A stretch of DNA of 14,205 nt from a virus. Taxonomy: Duplodnaviria; Heunggongvirae; Uroviricota; Caudoviricetes. The notes below the pieces were generated by a model that was not told the origin of the DNA, did not search any database, and saw only the letters and a program-made list of their open reading frames with translations. Below are positions 4,211 to 13,099 of this stretch, in pieces. Location: the IMG/VR virus record IMGVR_UViG_2541047928_000015; one strand, given 5' to 3'. A program made the position numbers and the translations under genes. Within the stretch, counting starts at the first letter, position 1. Each line of letters starts with the position of its first letter.

Positions 4211-6567
4211 TATACGTATTCCTTAAGCTGCGTATCTGACAATGCTCTGTTCCAGAAACGGAGGTTTTTTATATGACCATTAAGGTGTCGTAATCCTGTC
4301 GTCGTTTGCCCCCCGATACGAATCACGGCTGCTTCACGAATATATTTCCATACTGTTTTTGTTTCAGCGCTTATATGCTTATTTGCAAATGAGCATGTCA
4401 TGCCGTCAGCCTTAACCCTGAATCCCATAACGAGATCCCTTACTCCGCATGATTCATATACACGTCGGTTAGCCCCGCCTATATCGCAATACGAATAACC
4501 GTCCTGACTGATAGTTCCAGAAGAACCAAACCCCATAATAAATGGGCCTCCGGACTGGTGATTTTCTGAATCAATGACACGCGGTGCAGCATTATGAGAA
4601 ATAAACCAGTTTTTATGGACTTCCACCATGAACGTAAAAGGCATGGTATACATATTTTTCATCAGCGGAAATTTACATAAATCTGATGCACGAGTCGCTG
4701 GCTCTGTTGTCGTTATGATGAAGGAAGTTGCACAAGCACCATACTCGAATTGCGGGGTGGTTACTTCTATCCAGTCACCTGTTGCAAAAGCTCCCACAGC
4801 TCTGTCGGCTGCAATTTGCAGCTGCGTACCAACCATTCCCCATTCTGGCAGACATTTCAGTGTTGCCTGAAAATATATCCATCCACTACCAGGGTCGATT
4901 TCAAAGTTTGCTGTTAATAGCTGGGCATTGCCACCAGTAATTTGTAGTTCATGGGTCTGTAATGACAAATAGGCGTCGCAAAGGAAGGTGTATCCTTCCG
5001 AGTTATACCGTTCAAAACGGATACGTGCGCGAACATTGAGATCACTTCTTACCCTGAACGACGCGGTAACATACGGACCTTTACTGTACTGATCATCGCC
5101 AGTCACATCTATGCCTTTGTTACCAGCAACTGTGCATATATTTCTCCCTGTTGTCGTTCCTGCTATATCGCTTCCTACCGTGAAACGTCCATATTTAAAC
5201 TCAAATTCATCTGTTGATGATGTTACAGATATACCACCGCTTTTATTCCACGCATCAGGATTAAAACTATTTACGAACATGTTTGTTCGCTGATTCTCTA
5301 TCAGCAAACCATATTTTTCAAAACGAGGAACGTTATTACCTGCCACGGTAATATGCCCGGACTTATCAATATACGTTGCAGATGAAGCCCGGCTAAATTG
5401 GCATATGCCATTAACTGGCACAGTGATTTCATCGCTGCCGATGGTTATTGTTTTATACCCCGGCGCATACCCTGTTATCGCTTCCAGAGAATCATTCAAG
5501 GGTAGCCAGATATCAGGAAGCGGAGGGACAGAAGCAGGATCAGCGGCATCTTCTGCAATCCGGGCTGCATTCTCTGCTCTTGTTGCGGCTGACGTTGCTT
5601 CTGTCTCGCTGGCTGCTGCTTTTGTTTCGCTCGCCTTTGCGTTAGTTTCACTGGTTTTTGCAGCTTTTTGGCTATTAGCTGCCGCTGTTGCAGAACCAGC
5701 TGCAGCACTCTCGCTTTCGGCTGCTGCATCCTGACTGCTTTTCGCCGCAGTTTCGCTGGCTTTGGCATTCGTTTCGCTGGTCTTCGCTGCCGTCTGGCTG
5801 GACTTTGCGTTAGTTTCACTCGTCTTCGCAGCTTTCTGGCTGTTAGCCGCAGCAGTTGCTGATCCAGCTGCTGAAGTCGCAGAACCGGCTGCCGCGCTCT
5901 CGCTTTGGGCTGCTGCAACCTGGCTGTTTTTTGCCGCAGTTTCACTGGCTTTGGCATTCGTTTCGCTGGTCTTCGCTGCCGTCTGGCTGGACTTTGCGTT
6001 GGTTTCGCTCGTCTTTGCGGCTGTCTCGCTGTTTTTCGCGTTGGTTTCTGATTTTTTGGCTGCTGTCGCGGAGTTTGCCGATGCAGTCTGCGAGGACGCT
6101 GCCGCCTGTGCGCTGTTAGCTGCATTCGTTTCTGAGGTTTTCGCCGCGTTCTTCGATGATGCCGCTGCAGTTTCGGATTTCTTTGCCACCGCTGCGCTCT
6201 GAGAGGCGGCTTCGGCGTTGCGTGCCGCTTCTTCCACCATTGCCTCAAAACGACGCAATGCCTCCGGCATGACATCATCTTCCGTCATGGCACCGAGAAA
6301 ATCATTCAGCGTACCTGGTCTGGAACCTTCATAGACGGTAATGATCCCGGCATGTGAAGGCGGAAAACCTTCAACCAGCAGGATAACGCTATACTGGCCA
6401 TACTCAACGTCCATGCTGTAACGCCCGGCTTCATCCGGATTTTCAGAGGCCACCGTGTTCACCAGTACAGTGGTGCTGTTACGCTTTGCCTTCAGTTGAA
6501 TAGTGCAGTTCTGTATTGGTTTTCCCGCACCATCTTTCAGCACACCTGAGATTTTTACTGCTGCCAT
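4210..6567 (-). CDS. stf: Side tail fibre protein: lambda Stf-like N-terminal anchor and Ala/Ser/Thr/Lys repeat shaft, non-lambda distal region ending in a ConA/LamG-like lectin domain
   Basis: N-terminus MAAVKISGVLKDGAGKPIQNCTIQLKAKRNSTTVLVNTVASENPDEAGRYSMDVEYGQYSVIL is near-identical to lambda Stf as I recall it. C-terminus ...RIGGQTTTGLRHLNGHIKNLRFWNRALSDTQLKEY matches the LamG-type signature (G-x-I-x-x-hRhWNRALS-x-x-Q/E-h). Start placed at ATG 6567 (GGAG 5 nt upstream) rather than the track's GTG at 6573, which lies inside that SD. Confidence 0.9.
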   Translation of the reverse strand: MAAVKISGVLKDGAGKPIQNCTIQLKAKRNSTTVLVNTVASENPDEAGRYSMDVEYGQYSVILLVEGFPPSHAGIITVYEGSRPGTLNDFLGAMTEDDVMPEALRRFEAMVEEAARNAEAASQSAAVAKKSETAAASSKNAAKTSETNAANSAQAAASSQTASANSATAAKKSETNAKNSETAAKTSETNAKSSQTAAKTSETNAKASETAAKNSQVAAAQSESAAAGSATSAAGSATAAANSQKAAKTSETNAKSSQTAAKTSETNAKASETAAKSSQDAAAESESAAAGSATAAANSQKAAKTSETNAKASETKAAASETEATSAATRAENAARIAEDAADPASVPPLPDIWLPLNDSLEAITGYAPGYKTITIGSDEITVPVNGICQFSRASSATYIDKSGHITVAGNNVPRFEKYGLLIENQRTNMFVNSFNPDAWNKSGGISVTSSTDEFEFKYGRFTVGSDIAGTTTGRNICTVAGNKGIDVTGDDQYSKGPYVTASFRVRSDLNVRARIRFERYNSEGYTFLCDAYLSLQTHELQITGGNAQLLTANFEIDPGSGWIYFQATLKCLPEWGMVGTQLQIAADRAVGAFATGDWIEVTTPQFEYGACATSFIITTTEPATRASDLCKFPLMKNMYTMPFTFMVEVHKNWFISHNAAPRVIDSENHQSGGPFIMGFGSSGTISQDGYSYCDIGGANRRVYESCGVRDLVMGFRVKADGMTCSFANKHISAETKTVWKYIREAAVIRIGGQTTTGLRHLNGHIKNLRFWNRALSDTQLKEYV
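5580..6125. repeat. Imperfect tandem DNA repeats (three ~120-190-bp units on a 21-bp / 7-codon periodicity) inside the stf shaft-coding region
   Basis: Seen directly: 5747-5823 is almost identical to 5936-6011, and 5630-5750 closely resembles 5800-5936. Protein shows repeating KTSETNA/KSSQTAA/KASETAA heptads. Confidence 0.7.
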
Positions 6568-6578
6568 ATCCACTCCAC

Positions 6579-6604
6579 AAAAAAGCCCGCCTGAACCGGC
6601 GGGC
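6579..6604 (-). terminator. Rho-independent terminator downstream of lom (minus strand)
   Basis: Perfect 7-bp GC-rich stem (6585-6591 / 6598-6604), 6-nt loop, followed on the minus strand by a run of six U (6584-6579). Sits between the lom stop and the stf SD. Confidence 0.7.
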
Positions 6605-6631
6605 TGTCATAACACTGTGTTACCTGGCTAA

Positions 6632-7231
6632 TCAGAATTTATAACCGACACCCACGATGAAACCGTCAGTGCGCCAGTCGCCACTGCCGGAGCCTTCATA
6701 AGCAATATCAATGGCCACGGATTCGGTCGGGTTAAACTGCACGCCAGCTCCCCACGCCAGAGACGTGTTGCTGTGGCGATCGTCATCACTTCCGGTCAGC
6801 ACATCGTGCGTTTTCCCCTTGTTGTCAGTTACGCGGAGATAATCCCCGGAGAACGTCGAAACACGGCTGTAAGCCACACCTGCCATCGCATAAGCACTGA
6901 ACCATTCATTCACGCGTACAGACGGCCCCGCCATCATGCTGAACCAGCGGTTACGCACTGAATCTTCATGCCAGCGGGTATCGCTGTAATGCGTTTTTTG
7001 CTCATCTTTGGCATTGGCATAACTGAATGACGTCACCAGCCCCAGCGTGTCCGTAAATTCATAACGGTATTTCACGTTAATGCCCTTCAGGTCATCGTTG
7101 CCGGGCATATCAGTATGGGTCTGAAGATACCCGGCGCTTAGTGTGGACTGATGCTCTGCTGCGCTCGCTGGCGTACCAGCGGCGACCAGCCAGACTACTG
7201 TGGACAGAATAACAGCACATAATTTACGCAT
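6632..7231 (-). CDS. lom: Lom outer membrane protein (Ail/Lom/PagC beta-barrel family), signal peptide present
   Basis: 199 aa. C-terminal IAYEGSGSGDWRTDGFIVGVGYKF and internal motifs (KGINVKYRYE, SAYAMAGVA) match lambda Lom. Same position as in lambda, between J and stf. Confidence 0.95.
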   Translation of the reverse strand: MRKLCAVILSTVVWLVAAGTPASAAEHQSTLSAGYLQTHTDMPGNDDLKGINVKYRYEFTDTLGLVTSFSYANAKDEQKTHYSDTRWHEDSVRNRWFSMMAGPSVRVNEWFSAYAMAGVAYSRVSTFSGDYLRVTDNKGKTHDVLTGSDDDRHSNTSLAWGAGVQFNPTESVAIDIAYEGSGSGDWRTDGFIVGVGYKF

Positions 7232-7252
7232 AATTACCTCTCGCTTTTCTGC

Positions 7253-7278
7253 AAAAAAAAGGCACCATTTCTGGTGCC
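7253..7278 (-). terminator. Rho-independent terminator between J and lom (minus strand)
   Basis: Stem GGCACCA (7272-7278 / 7261-7267) with a 4-nt loop, followed on the minus strand by eight U (7260-7253). Confidence 0.7.
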
Positions 7279-7297
7279 CGTATATGGGTTATAAAAT

Positions 7298-10200
7298 TCA
7301 GCTGATACTGATGCCTGCGGTGGCTTTCTTCATCACCACAACCAGCAAATCGCTGATACTTGCTGTGGGATACCAGTCATTTACCAGCCATGCTGACACC
7401 GAAAACTCCAGCGTCATGTGACCGTGACCGGCAGGCATATCAATAACGCCACTGTAAATCAGCGTATTATCCAGCGCGGTACGGTTATAAATTTCAGCAC
7501 CGTTTTTCCGCACTATCAGACGGCATGAGGAGTAAATATCAGTATGCTCTCTCTCATGTTTAGCGCCGCTGAATGCCACCGCCGGAATAACAATCTGCCG
7601 GTCAAACGGCTGATCGTCATAAACCCTGACGGTAATGGTCCCTGATGGCCACCGTTCCGGTGCACGGGAGTCCCGGGGGAAAGCTTTGCCCACTGTTTTA
7701 ACGAGATCGCCTTCAATCTGGTTCGCGGACAGTTTTCCCAGAACCCGACAGTTCTCGTTAATCGTGACGTTGTTGAGCGTCCCGGAGTTCGCATTCACGT
7801 TACCGCTGATATCGGCATTTTTCGCCGTCAGCCGCCCATCCGGTGTCAGGGAAAATGCCGGTGGATTTCCACCACTGGTAATGGTGGGGGCCGTCAGGCG
7901 TTTCAGGAACACGTCGTTCATGAATATCTGATTGCCCTGCGCCACAAACATCGGCGTTTCATTCCCGTTTGCCGGGTCAATAAACGCGATACGGTTAGCG
8001 GCAACCAGAAACTGGCTCAGTTTGCCTTCCTCCGTGTCCTCCATACTGAGGCCAATACCCGCGACATAATGTTTGCCGTCTTTGGTCTGCTCAATTTTGA
8101 CAGCCCACATGGCATTCCATTTATCGTTGGCATCCTTCCACTCTTTCGAAAACTCATCCAGTCTGCTGGCGTTATCCTCCGTCAGATCGACTTTTTCCAG
8201 CAGCTCCTTGCCGAGATGGGATTCGGTTATCTTGCCTTTGAAAAAATCCAGGTAACCTTCCGCATCATCGCTCGCCCGACCGACGGACTCCACGAATGCC
8301 GATTTGCCAACGGTGTTCACACTGCGGATATAAAAGTAATAATCATGGCCCGGTTTGATATTGATACTGGCGGCTATCCAGTACAGCCCCGTGCCAAGGT
8401 AGCGGGCTGTGGTTTCAACCTGCCTGATATCGGTAATCCGCGTTTCCGAGAACCAGAACTCAAACTGTACCGTCGGATCATAAACCGCAAGATGCGGCGT
8501 GGCGGTGATCTGAAAATAGCCCGGCGTCAGCTCAATCCTCGACGGTGCTGCCGGTGCGGCAATCCGGAACGATACCGACGCCGGATCGCCCTGCTGCCCC
8601 CACGCATTTACCGCCCGGACTGTCAGCCTGTAGTTCCCCAGCGCCAGCTGCGTGAAGCGGTATGTGGTTTCCGCCGTCCGGGCCGTGCTGACCAGCCGCT
8701 CACTGCCGTCATCCGCTGCCACGGTCAGGCGAAGCATAAAGCTCACCCCCTTCACCACCTTCGGCGTATCCCAGCGTGCCAGCACCTGATACTCCCCGCT
8801 GTCTGCGGTGACTTCGGCAGTCAGGTGCTGCACCGCTGGCGGCGTGACACCATTCACCGTGCCGCTCTGGTCGCCGTCAAAGTGCGCCCCGTTATCCACG
8901 ATGGCTTCTTTTTCCGGTACATGCTGCACGGCGGTGATGGCATACGTGCCGTCGTCGTTCTCACGGATACTCACGCAGCGGAACAGGCGCTGGCGCAGCG
9001 TCGGCAGCTTCAGCCCCCATACGCTGTATTCAGCAACGCCGTCAGGAACACGGCTCACTTTCACCTTCACGCCGTCGGTGACGGACTGGACCTCCACGCT
9101 GACCGGATTGCCACTTCCGTCAACCAGGCTTATCAGCGTGGTACCGGAGGATGGCAGCGTGATTTCACGGTCGAGCGTCAGCGTCCGGGTCTGGCTGTTC
9201 ACAGCCAGCACGCGCCCGCCGATGCTGATCCCCGCATAGTCATCATCGCAGATTTCAATAACATCCCCCGGCACATGGCGAAGCCCTTCGGCACCCACGC
9301 TGAAATCCACGGTCTGCGTCTCCAGCAGCTCCGTTTTAATCAGCCACAGCCCGGCGCGGTGTGCCTGCCCCCGACTGGTACAGCCAAAGGCATCCATCTT
9401 CGTGACGTTACGACCGTAACGGGCAATGGCCTGCGTGTCCTCCACAAGCTCTGTCGCCGTCTCCCAGCCGTTATCCGGGTCAATCCAGTTCACCTCAACG
9501 GCATTATGACGGTCCTTCAGGGCGCTGAAGCTGTAGCGGAACGGCGCGCCATCATCCGGCATCACCACATTACTGCGGTTATAGGTCCACACCTTATCCG
9601 ATGGCCGGTCCTGCACGAACGTCAGCGTCTGCCCGTTCCATACCGGCATACAGCGCATCGCCGAGCAGAAATCACTGAGCACATCCCACGCCTTGCGCTG
9701 TGTGGTCAGGTACGCATTACAGGCGATGCGCGGCTCCGTGCCGCCAAAGCCGTCCGGCACCGACTGGTCGCAGTACTGGCCGATGACATACAGCGCCCAT
9801 TTATCCACATCCGCCGCACCAAGACGTTTCCCCATGCCGTAGCGCGGATGGGTCAGCATATCCCACAGACACCAGGCCATGTTGTTGCTGTATGCCGGTT
9901 TTAACGTTCCGTCCCAGATACCGCTGTATTGTCGCGTCTGCGGGTTATAGTTCGACGGCACCTGCAGAATGCGCCCGCGAAGATGATAATTACGACTCAC
10001 CTGCTGACTGCCGAACTGCTCCGAGTCCACCTGTACGCCAACCAGTGCCGTGTTCGGGTAGCACTGTTTCACATCGATGATTTCGGTGTATGACGACCAG
10101 AGCGTTTTGTTCTGCAGCTGGTCTGTGGTGCTGTCCGGCGTCATCCTGCGCATCCGGATATTAAACGGGCGCGGCGGCAGGTTATCCACCACCACCGAGG

Positions 10201-10693
10201 CCAGATACTGCGAGGTGGTTTTGCCCTTAATGGTGATGTCTTTTTCCGTCACCCAGCCACCGTTACGCTGTATCTGAACCAGCAGGCGGACTTCCGACGG
10301 ATTCCTGTCACCCTTTGAGGTGGTTTCCACCAGTGCCTGCACGCCGAAAGTAAAGCGCAGACGGTCGATGTTTGCCGACGTGATGGTGCGGGTGATCGGC
10401 ATGTCATATTTCACTTCCATACCCAGCACCGTCTCGGAGCCGGAGGATTCAAACCCCTCCGGCGGAGTCTGCTCCTGCTCACCTGCCCGGAACACCGCCG
10501 TAACACCGGAAATGTTGGTATTCCCTTCACTGTCCAGCACCGGCGTACTGTTCAGCAGCACGCTTTTTAACCCATCCACCGGACCTTCAATCGGCCCTTC
10601 GCTGATGACATCGATCACACTCAGCAACTGCGTGGATTTCAGGTTGTCCTTCGCTTCGCGCGGGGTATGCCCCTTACTGCTGCCTTTACCCAT
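7298..10693 (-). CDS. J: Tail tip host specificity protein J (central tail fibre), 1131 aa
   Basis: Length and sequence along the whole protein resemble lambda J, including the C-terminal end ...[32 protein letters not shown]. Confidence 0.97.
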   Translation of the reverse strand: MGKGSSKGHTPREAKDNLKSTQLLSVIDVISEGPIEGPVDGLKSVLLNSTPVLDSEGNTNISGVTAVFRAGEQEQTPPEGFESSGSETVLGMEVKYDMPITRTITSANIDRLRFTFGVQALVETTSKGDRNPSEVRLLVQIQRNGGWVTEKDITIKGKTTSQYLASVVVDNLPPRPFNIRMRRMTPDSTTDQLQNKTLWSSYTEIIDVKQCYPNTALVGVQVDSEQFGSQQVSRNYHLRGRILQVPSNYNPQTRQYSGIWDGTLKPAYSNNMAWCLWDMLTHPRYGMGKRLGAADVDKWALYVIGQYCDQSVPDGFGGTEPRIACNAYLTTQRKAWDVLSDFCSAMRCMPVWNGQTLTFVQDRPSDKVWTYNRSNVVMPDDGAPFRYSFSALKDRHNAVEVNWIDPDNGWETATELVEDTQAIARYGRNVTKMDAFGCTSRGQAHRAGLWLIKTELLETQTVDFSVGAEGLRHVPGDVIEICDDDYAGISIGGRVLAVNSQTRTLTLDREITLPSSGTTLISLVDGSGNPVSVEVQSVTDGVKVKVSRVPDGVAEYSVWGLKLPTLRQRLFRCVSIRENDDGTYAITAVQHVPEKEAIVDNGAHFDGDQSGTVNGVTPPAVQHLTAEVTADSGEYQVLARWDTPKVVKGVSFMLRLTVAADDGSERLVSTARTAETTYRFTQLALGNYRLTVRAVNAWGQQGDPASVSFRIAAPAAPSRIELTPGYFQITATPHLAVYDPTVQFEFWFSETRITDIRQVETTARYLGTGLYWIAASINIKPGHDYYFYIRSVNTVGKSAFVESVGRASDDAEGYLDFFKGKITESHLGKELLEKVDLTEDNASRLDEFSKEWKDANDKWNAMWAVKIEQTKDGKHYVAGIGLSMEDTEEGKLSQFLVAANRIAFIDPANGNETPMFVAQGNQIFMNDVFLKRLTAPTITSGGNPPAFSLTPDGRLTAKNADISGNVNANSGTLNNVTINENCRVLGKLSANQIEGDLVKTVGKAFPRDSRAPERWPSGTITVRVYDDQPFDRQIVIPAVAFSGAKHEREHTDIYSSCRLIVRKNGAEIYNRTALDNTLIYSGVIDMPAGHGHMTLEFSVSAWLVNDWYPTASISDLLVVVMKKATAGISIS

Positions 10694-10715
10694 TCCTCAT
10701 GCTCCATAAACGACA

Positions 10716-10735
10716 AAACCGCCCGCAGGCGGTTT
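10716..10735 (-). other. Stem-loop in the I-J intergenic region (8-bp stem AAACCGCC/GGCGGTTT, 4-nt loop); possible weak terminator or RNA stability element
   Basis: Seen directly. The downstream minus-strand sequence UGUCGUUUAU is only moderately U-rich, so function is uncertain. Confidence 0.35.
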
Positions 10736-10753
10736 CATATAAAACATGTTCCA

Positions 10754-11425
10754 TCAGCGACCAATCACCACGATTTCACCACCATCACCTTCATCAGCTG
10801 TACTGATCTCCTGAGATGCCACACGTGACCCCACGCGCATTTCACCGAACAGAACGGGCAGAACATTGCCCTGGGCAACCATGTTATCCAGTGAGGAGAA
10901 ATAGGTGTTTTGTTTGCCGTTATCCGTTATCTGTGTACGGGGAGTTCTGGCTTTCGGTGCCAGCATCTGCGCCACACCACCGAGCACCATACTGGCACCG
11001 AGAGAAAACAGGATGCCGGTCATACCACCGGCCCCAATGGCTGCCCCCCATGCTGCAAGGGTGGCTCCGGCAGTAAAGAATGATCCGGCAATGGCGGCAG
11101 CTCCCAGGACAATCTGGAATACGCCACCTGACTTGGCCCCGGCGACTCTGGGAACAATATGAATCACAGCGCCATCAGGCAGAGTCTCATGTAACTGCGC
11201 CGTTAACCCGGACGTGCTGACGTCCCGCCCGGCAATCCGTACCTGATACCAGCCGTCGCACAGTTTCTGACGAAACGCCGGGAGCTGTGTGGCCAGTGCC
11301 CGGATGGCTTCAGCCCCCGTTTTCACACGAAGGTCGATGCGGCGGCCAAATCGTTGTAAATCCCCGTAAAGGCAGATGCGCGCCATGCCCGGTGACGCCA
11401 GAGGGTGTGTGTGCGTCGCTGCCAT
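10754..11425 (-). CDS. I: Tail tip assembly protein I, 223 aa
   Basis: Near-identical to lambda I by eye (MAATHT.PLASPGMARICLYGDLQRFGRRIDLRVKTGAEAIRALATQLPAF...). Overlaps the 3-prime end of K by 103 nt, as I recall for lambda. Confidence 0.95.
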   Translation of the reverse strand: MAATHTHPLASPGMARICLYGDLQRFGRRIDLRVKTGAEAIRALATQLPAFRQKLCDGWYQVRIAGRDVSTSGLTAQLHETLPDGAVIHIVPRVAGAKSGGVFQIVLGAAAIAGSFFTAGATLAAWGAAIGAGGMTGILFSLGASMVLGGVAQMLAPKARTPRTQITDNGKQNTYFSSLDNMVAQGNVLPVLFGEMRVGSRVASQEISTADEGDGGEIVVIGR

Positions 11426-12066
11426 TTGTCGGTGTACCTCTCTCGTTTGCTCAGTTGTTCAGGAATATGGTGCAGCAGCTCGCCATCACCACAGTAAATG
11501 GCGGCATGATTCGGCACCGATGAACCAAAACAGCACAGCAGCACATCGCCCGGTTGTGCTGATGACAACGGCACCTGATACAGCCCTGTGGCCTCCAGAT
11601 TATCCAGATAGAGATTCTGGCCGTTACGCCACCAGTCATCCTCACGATGAAAGTCCGGCATCTCAATCCCCGCCAGATGATAAGCATCCCGGAACAGTGT
11701 GTAACAGTCCGTCACACCGTGCTCAAAGCGCCGCCCGGTGAGATGCGGCACACAGCGGAACTTATGAATCGTCCCCCGGCAGACCAGCCACCACGGCAAA
11801 TCACTCTGCACCTGCAGCCGCCGGTCGGCCTCACTCAGCCAGGGCAGACCACCGGGGTGGCTGTGGACCAGCGCCACAATCTCACCCTGCATTTCTGCCT
11901 GCAGCCAGTCTTCCGGCGACATACGGAAATACGCCTCCGGCTCACCGGAGATATTCACGCAGGGGAAATATCTTTCCCCCTCCGGCGTGCTTACCACGAA
12001 GCCGCACGACTCCGCTGGCGCACATCGCCGGGCGTGCGCCAGAATCGCTGATTCTGTCTGTGTCAT
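11323..12066 (-). CDS. K: Tail tip assembly protein K (N-terminal MPN/JAB-like domain with HSHP motif, C-terminal NlpC/P60-like domain), 247-aa form
   Basis: ORF track. Contains HSHPGG and the Cys-containing DCYTLFRDAYHLAG region. Lambda K is usually annotated as 199 aa starting at the Met equivalent to nt 11922 here; the long form starts 6 nt after the L stop but lacks a clear SD. Confidence 0.85.
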   Translation of the reverse strand: MTQTESAILAHARRCAPAESCGFVVSTPEGERYFPCVNISGEPEAYFRMSPEDWLQAEMQGEIVALVHSHPGGLPWLSEADRRLQVQSDLPWWLVCRGTIHKFRCVPHLTGRRFEHGVTDCYTLFRDAYHLAGIEMPDFHREDDWWRNGQNLYLDNLEATGLYQVPLSSAQPGDVLLCCFGSSVPNHAAIYCGDGELLHHIPEQLSKRERYTDKWQRRTHTLWRHRAWRASAFTGIYNDLAAASTFV

Positions 12067-12071
12067 GGGAT

Positions 12072-12770
12072 TTACTGCGAAAGTTTGTTAATGGAAAGGA
12101 AGCCGCCAAAGTTGCCGACGTTATTGCGGAACTTACAACCGCTCAGGCATTTGCTGCATTTATCCTTCGTGATATCGGACGTTGGCTGGTCATATTCATC
12201 CGCGACAGCCGGACCGCTATAACCGCACTCGTCACCGCGATAGGTCCAGGTGCAGGTGTTGGCCAGCATGATACGTCCCGGAAAAACAGCGCCATCCGTT
12301 TCCGTCGGCGTGGACAGTACAAAGGAGGCACTCACCGCGCTCAGTTCGCTGCACTGCTCAATGCGCCAGCGGCTGATCACCTCCTGCTCCGGATCGGCGT
12401 AACTGTTTCCGTTGACGAAGTTCACCGCATCCAGAAAACGGGCGTAAACCTTACGCCGGACCACCGTTCCGCCGACCAGACTCTGCATATCTTCCGCCAT
12501 CCCGGTGACCATACCGTACAGGTTAGAAACCGTCAGCGTGGGGCGCGTACTGGTGCCTTTGCCATTCAGTTCAAAACCGCTCCCCTGAATGGGATACGGC
12601 TGATACTGTCGCCCCTGCCAGGTGACCGGCTCACCTTTTTCGTTCTGCTCATTACAGAAAAAATAACGTTCTCCACCGACCTCTGTCAGGTCGATTTCCC
12701 AGAGCACCACGCTGGCCGACTGCTCCGCACGGGTGCATTCATTCAGTGTTTCCTGCCGGATATCCTGCAT
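12072..12770 (-). CDS. L: Tail tip protein L, 232 aa
   Basis: Size, position and sequence match lambda L; Cys cluster CSKCLSGCKF near the C-terminus. Start overlaps the M stop. Confidence 0.95.
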   Translation of the reverse strand: MQDIRQETLNECTRAEQSASVVLWEIDLTEVGGERYFFCNEQNEKGEPVTWQGRQYQPYPIQGSGFELNGKGTSTRPTLTVSNLYGMVTGMAEDMQSLVGGTVVRRKVYARFLDAVNFVNGNSYADPEQEVISRWRIEQCSELSAVSASFVLSTPTETDGAVFPGRIMLANTCTWTYRGDECGYSGPAVADEYDQPTSDITKDKCSKCLSGCKFRNNVGNFGGFLSINKLSQ

Positions 12771-13099
12771 CAGTTCACCACCTGTTCAAACTCTGCGCTG
12801 AACTCAACACGCAGCATACTGACCCGCGACGACCATTTTGCGCAGGTCACCTTTATCTGCCGCCACTCATAAGGCGGCGTCCACAGAAAGGATTTCCAGC
12901 CCCCGTGCTCTTCCAGAAACGACTCCAGTACCGTGGCCTCCTCACGGGGGACAGAAAGCGTCACGCTGTACGTTTTCAGGTTGGCATTCAGCCCGGCAGG
13001 CGCTCGCTGAGAATAGCCATCACCAAAGCGCACCTTTCTTACAGAAGGGACCGAAGCCACATCCATACCGGGTTTCACTTTCCAGCGGAAGGTCTTCAT
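12770..13099 (-). CDS. M: Tail tip protein M, 109 aa
   Basis: Size and position match lambda M; ATGA overlap with the H stop. Confidence 0.95.
   Translation of the reverse strand: MKTFRWKVKPGMDVASVPSVRKVRFGDGYSQRAPAGLNANLKTYSVTLSVPREEATVLESFLEEHGGWKSFLWTPPYEWRQIKVTCAKWSSRVSMLRVEFSAEFEQVVN

Noticed and set aside
4628-5293. Plus-strand ORFs 4628-4870, 4728-4940 and 5111-5293
   Set aside because: Antisense to stf, short, with no SD.
5580-6125. Possible CRISPR-like array because of regular short repeats
   Set aside because: The repeats are contiguous with no unique spacers, have a 21-bp coding periodicity, and sit inside a continuous ORF. They are protein-coding tandem repeats.
5405-6278. Several overlapping ORFs on both strands in the stf repeat region (5405-5734, 5448-5645, 5496-6278, 5668-5862, 5762-6202, 5856-6119)
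   Set aside because: Artefacts of the 21-bp periodic repeats, which keep alternative frames open. The products are poly-Ala/Leu or poly-Arg/Gln low-complexity strings. The stf frame has the lambda-like N-terminus and continues through the region.
6567-6573. GTG start for stf at 6573 as drawn in the ORF track (MDMAAVK...)
   Set aside because: The GTG lies inside the GGAG SD. The ATG at 6567 gives the lambda-like N-terminus MAAVKISG with correct SD spacing.
7200-7421. 73-aa plus-strand ORF spanning the J-lom intergenic terminator
   Set aside because: Runs antisense across the lom start, the terminator hairpin and the J 3-prime end, with no SD.
8069-9904. 611-aa plus-strand ORF, with shorter ORFs at 8073-8255, 8808-9239, 7635-7931, 7516-7794, 9892-10080, 10077-10277 and 10320-10709
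   Set aside because: All lie antisense or out of frame inside the J gene. The translations are Arg/Pro-rich low-complexity sequence typical of shadow ORFs in GC-rich coding DNA, and J is confidently assigned on the minus strand.
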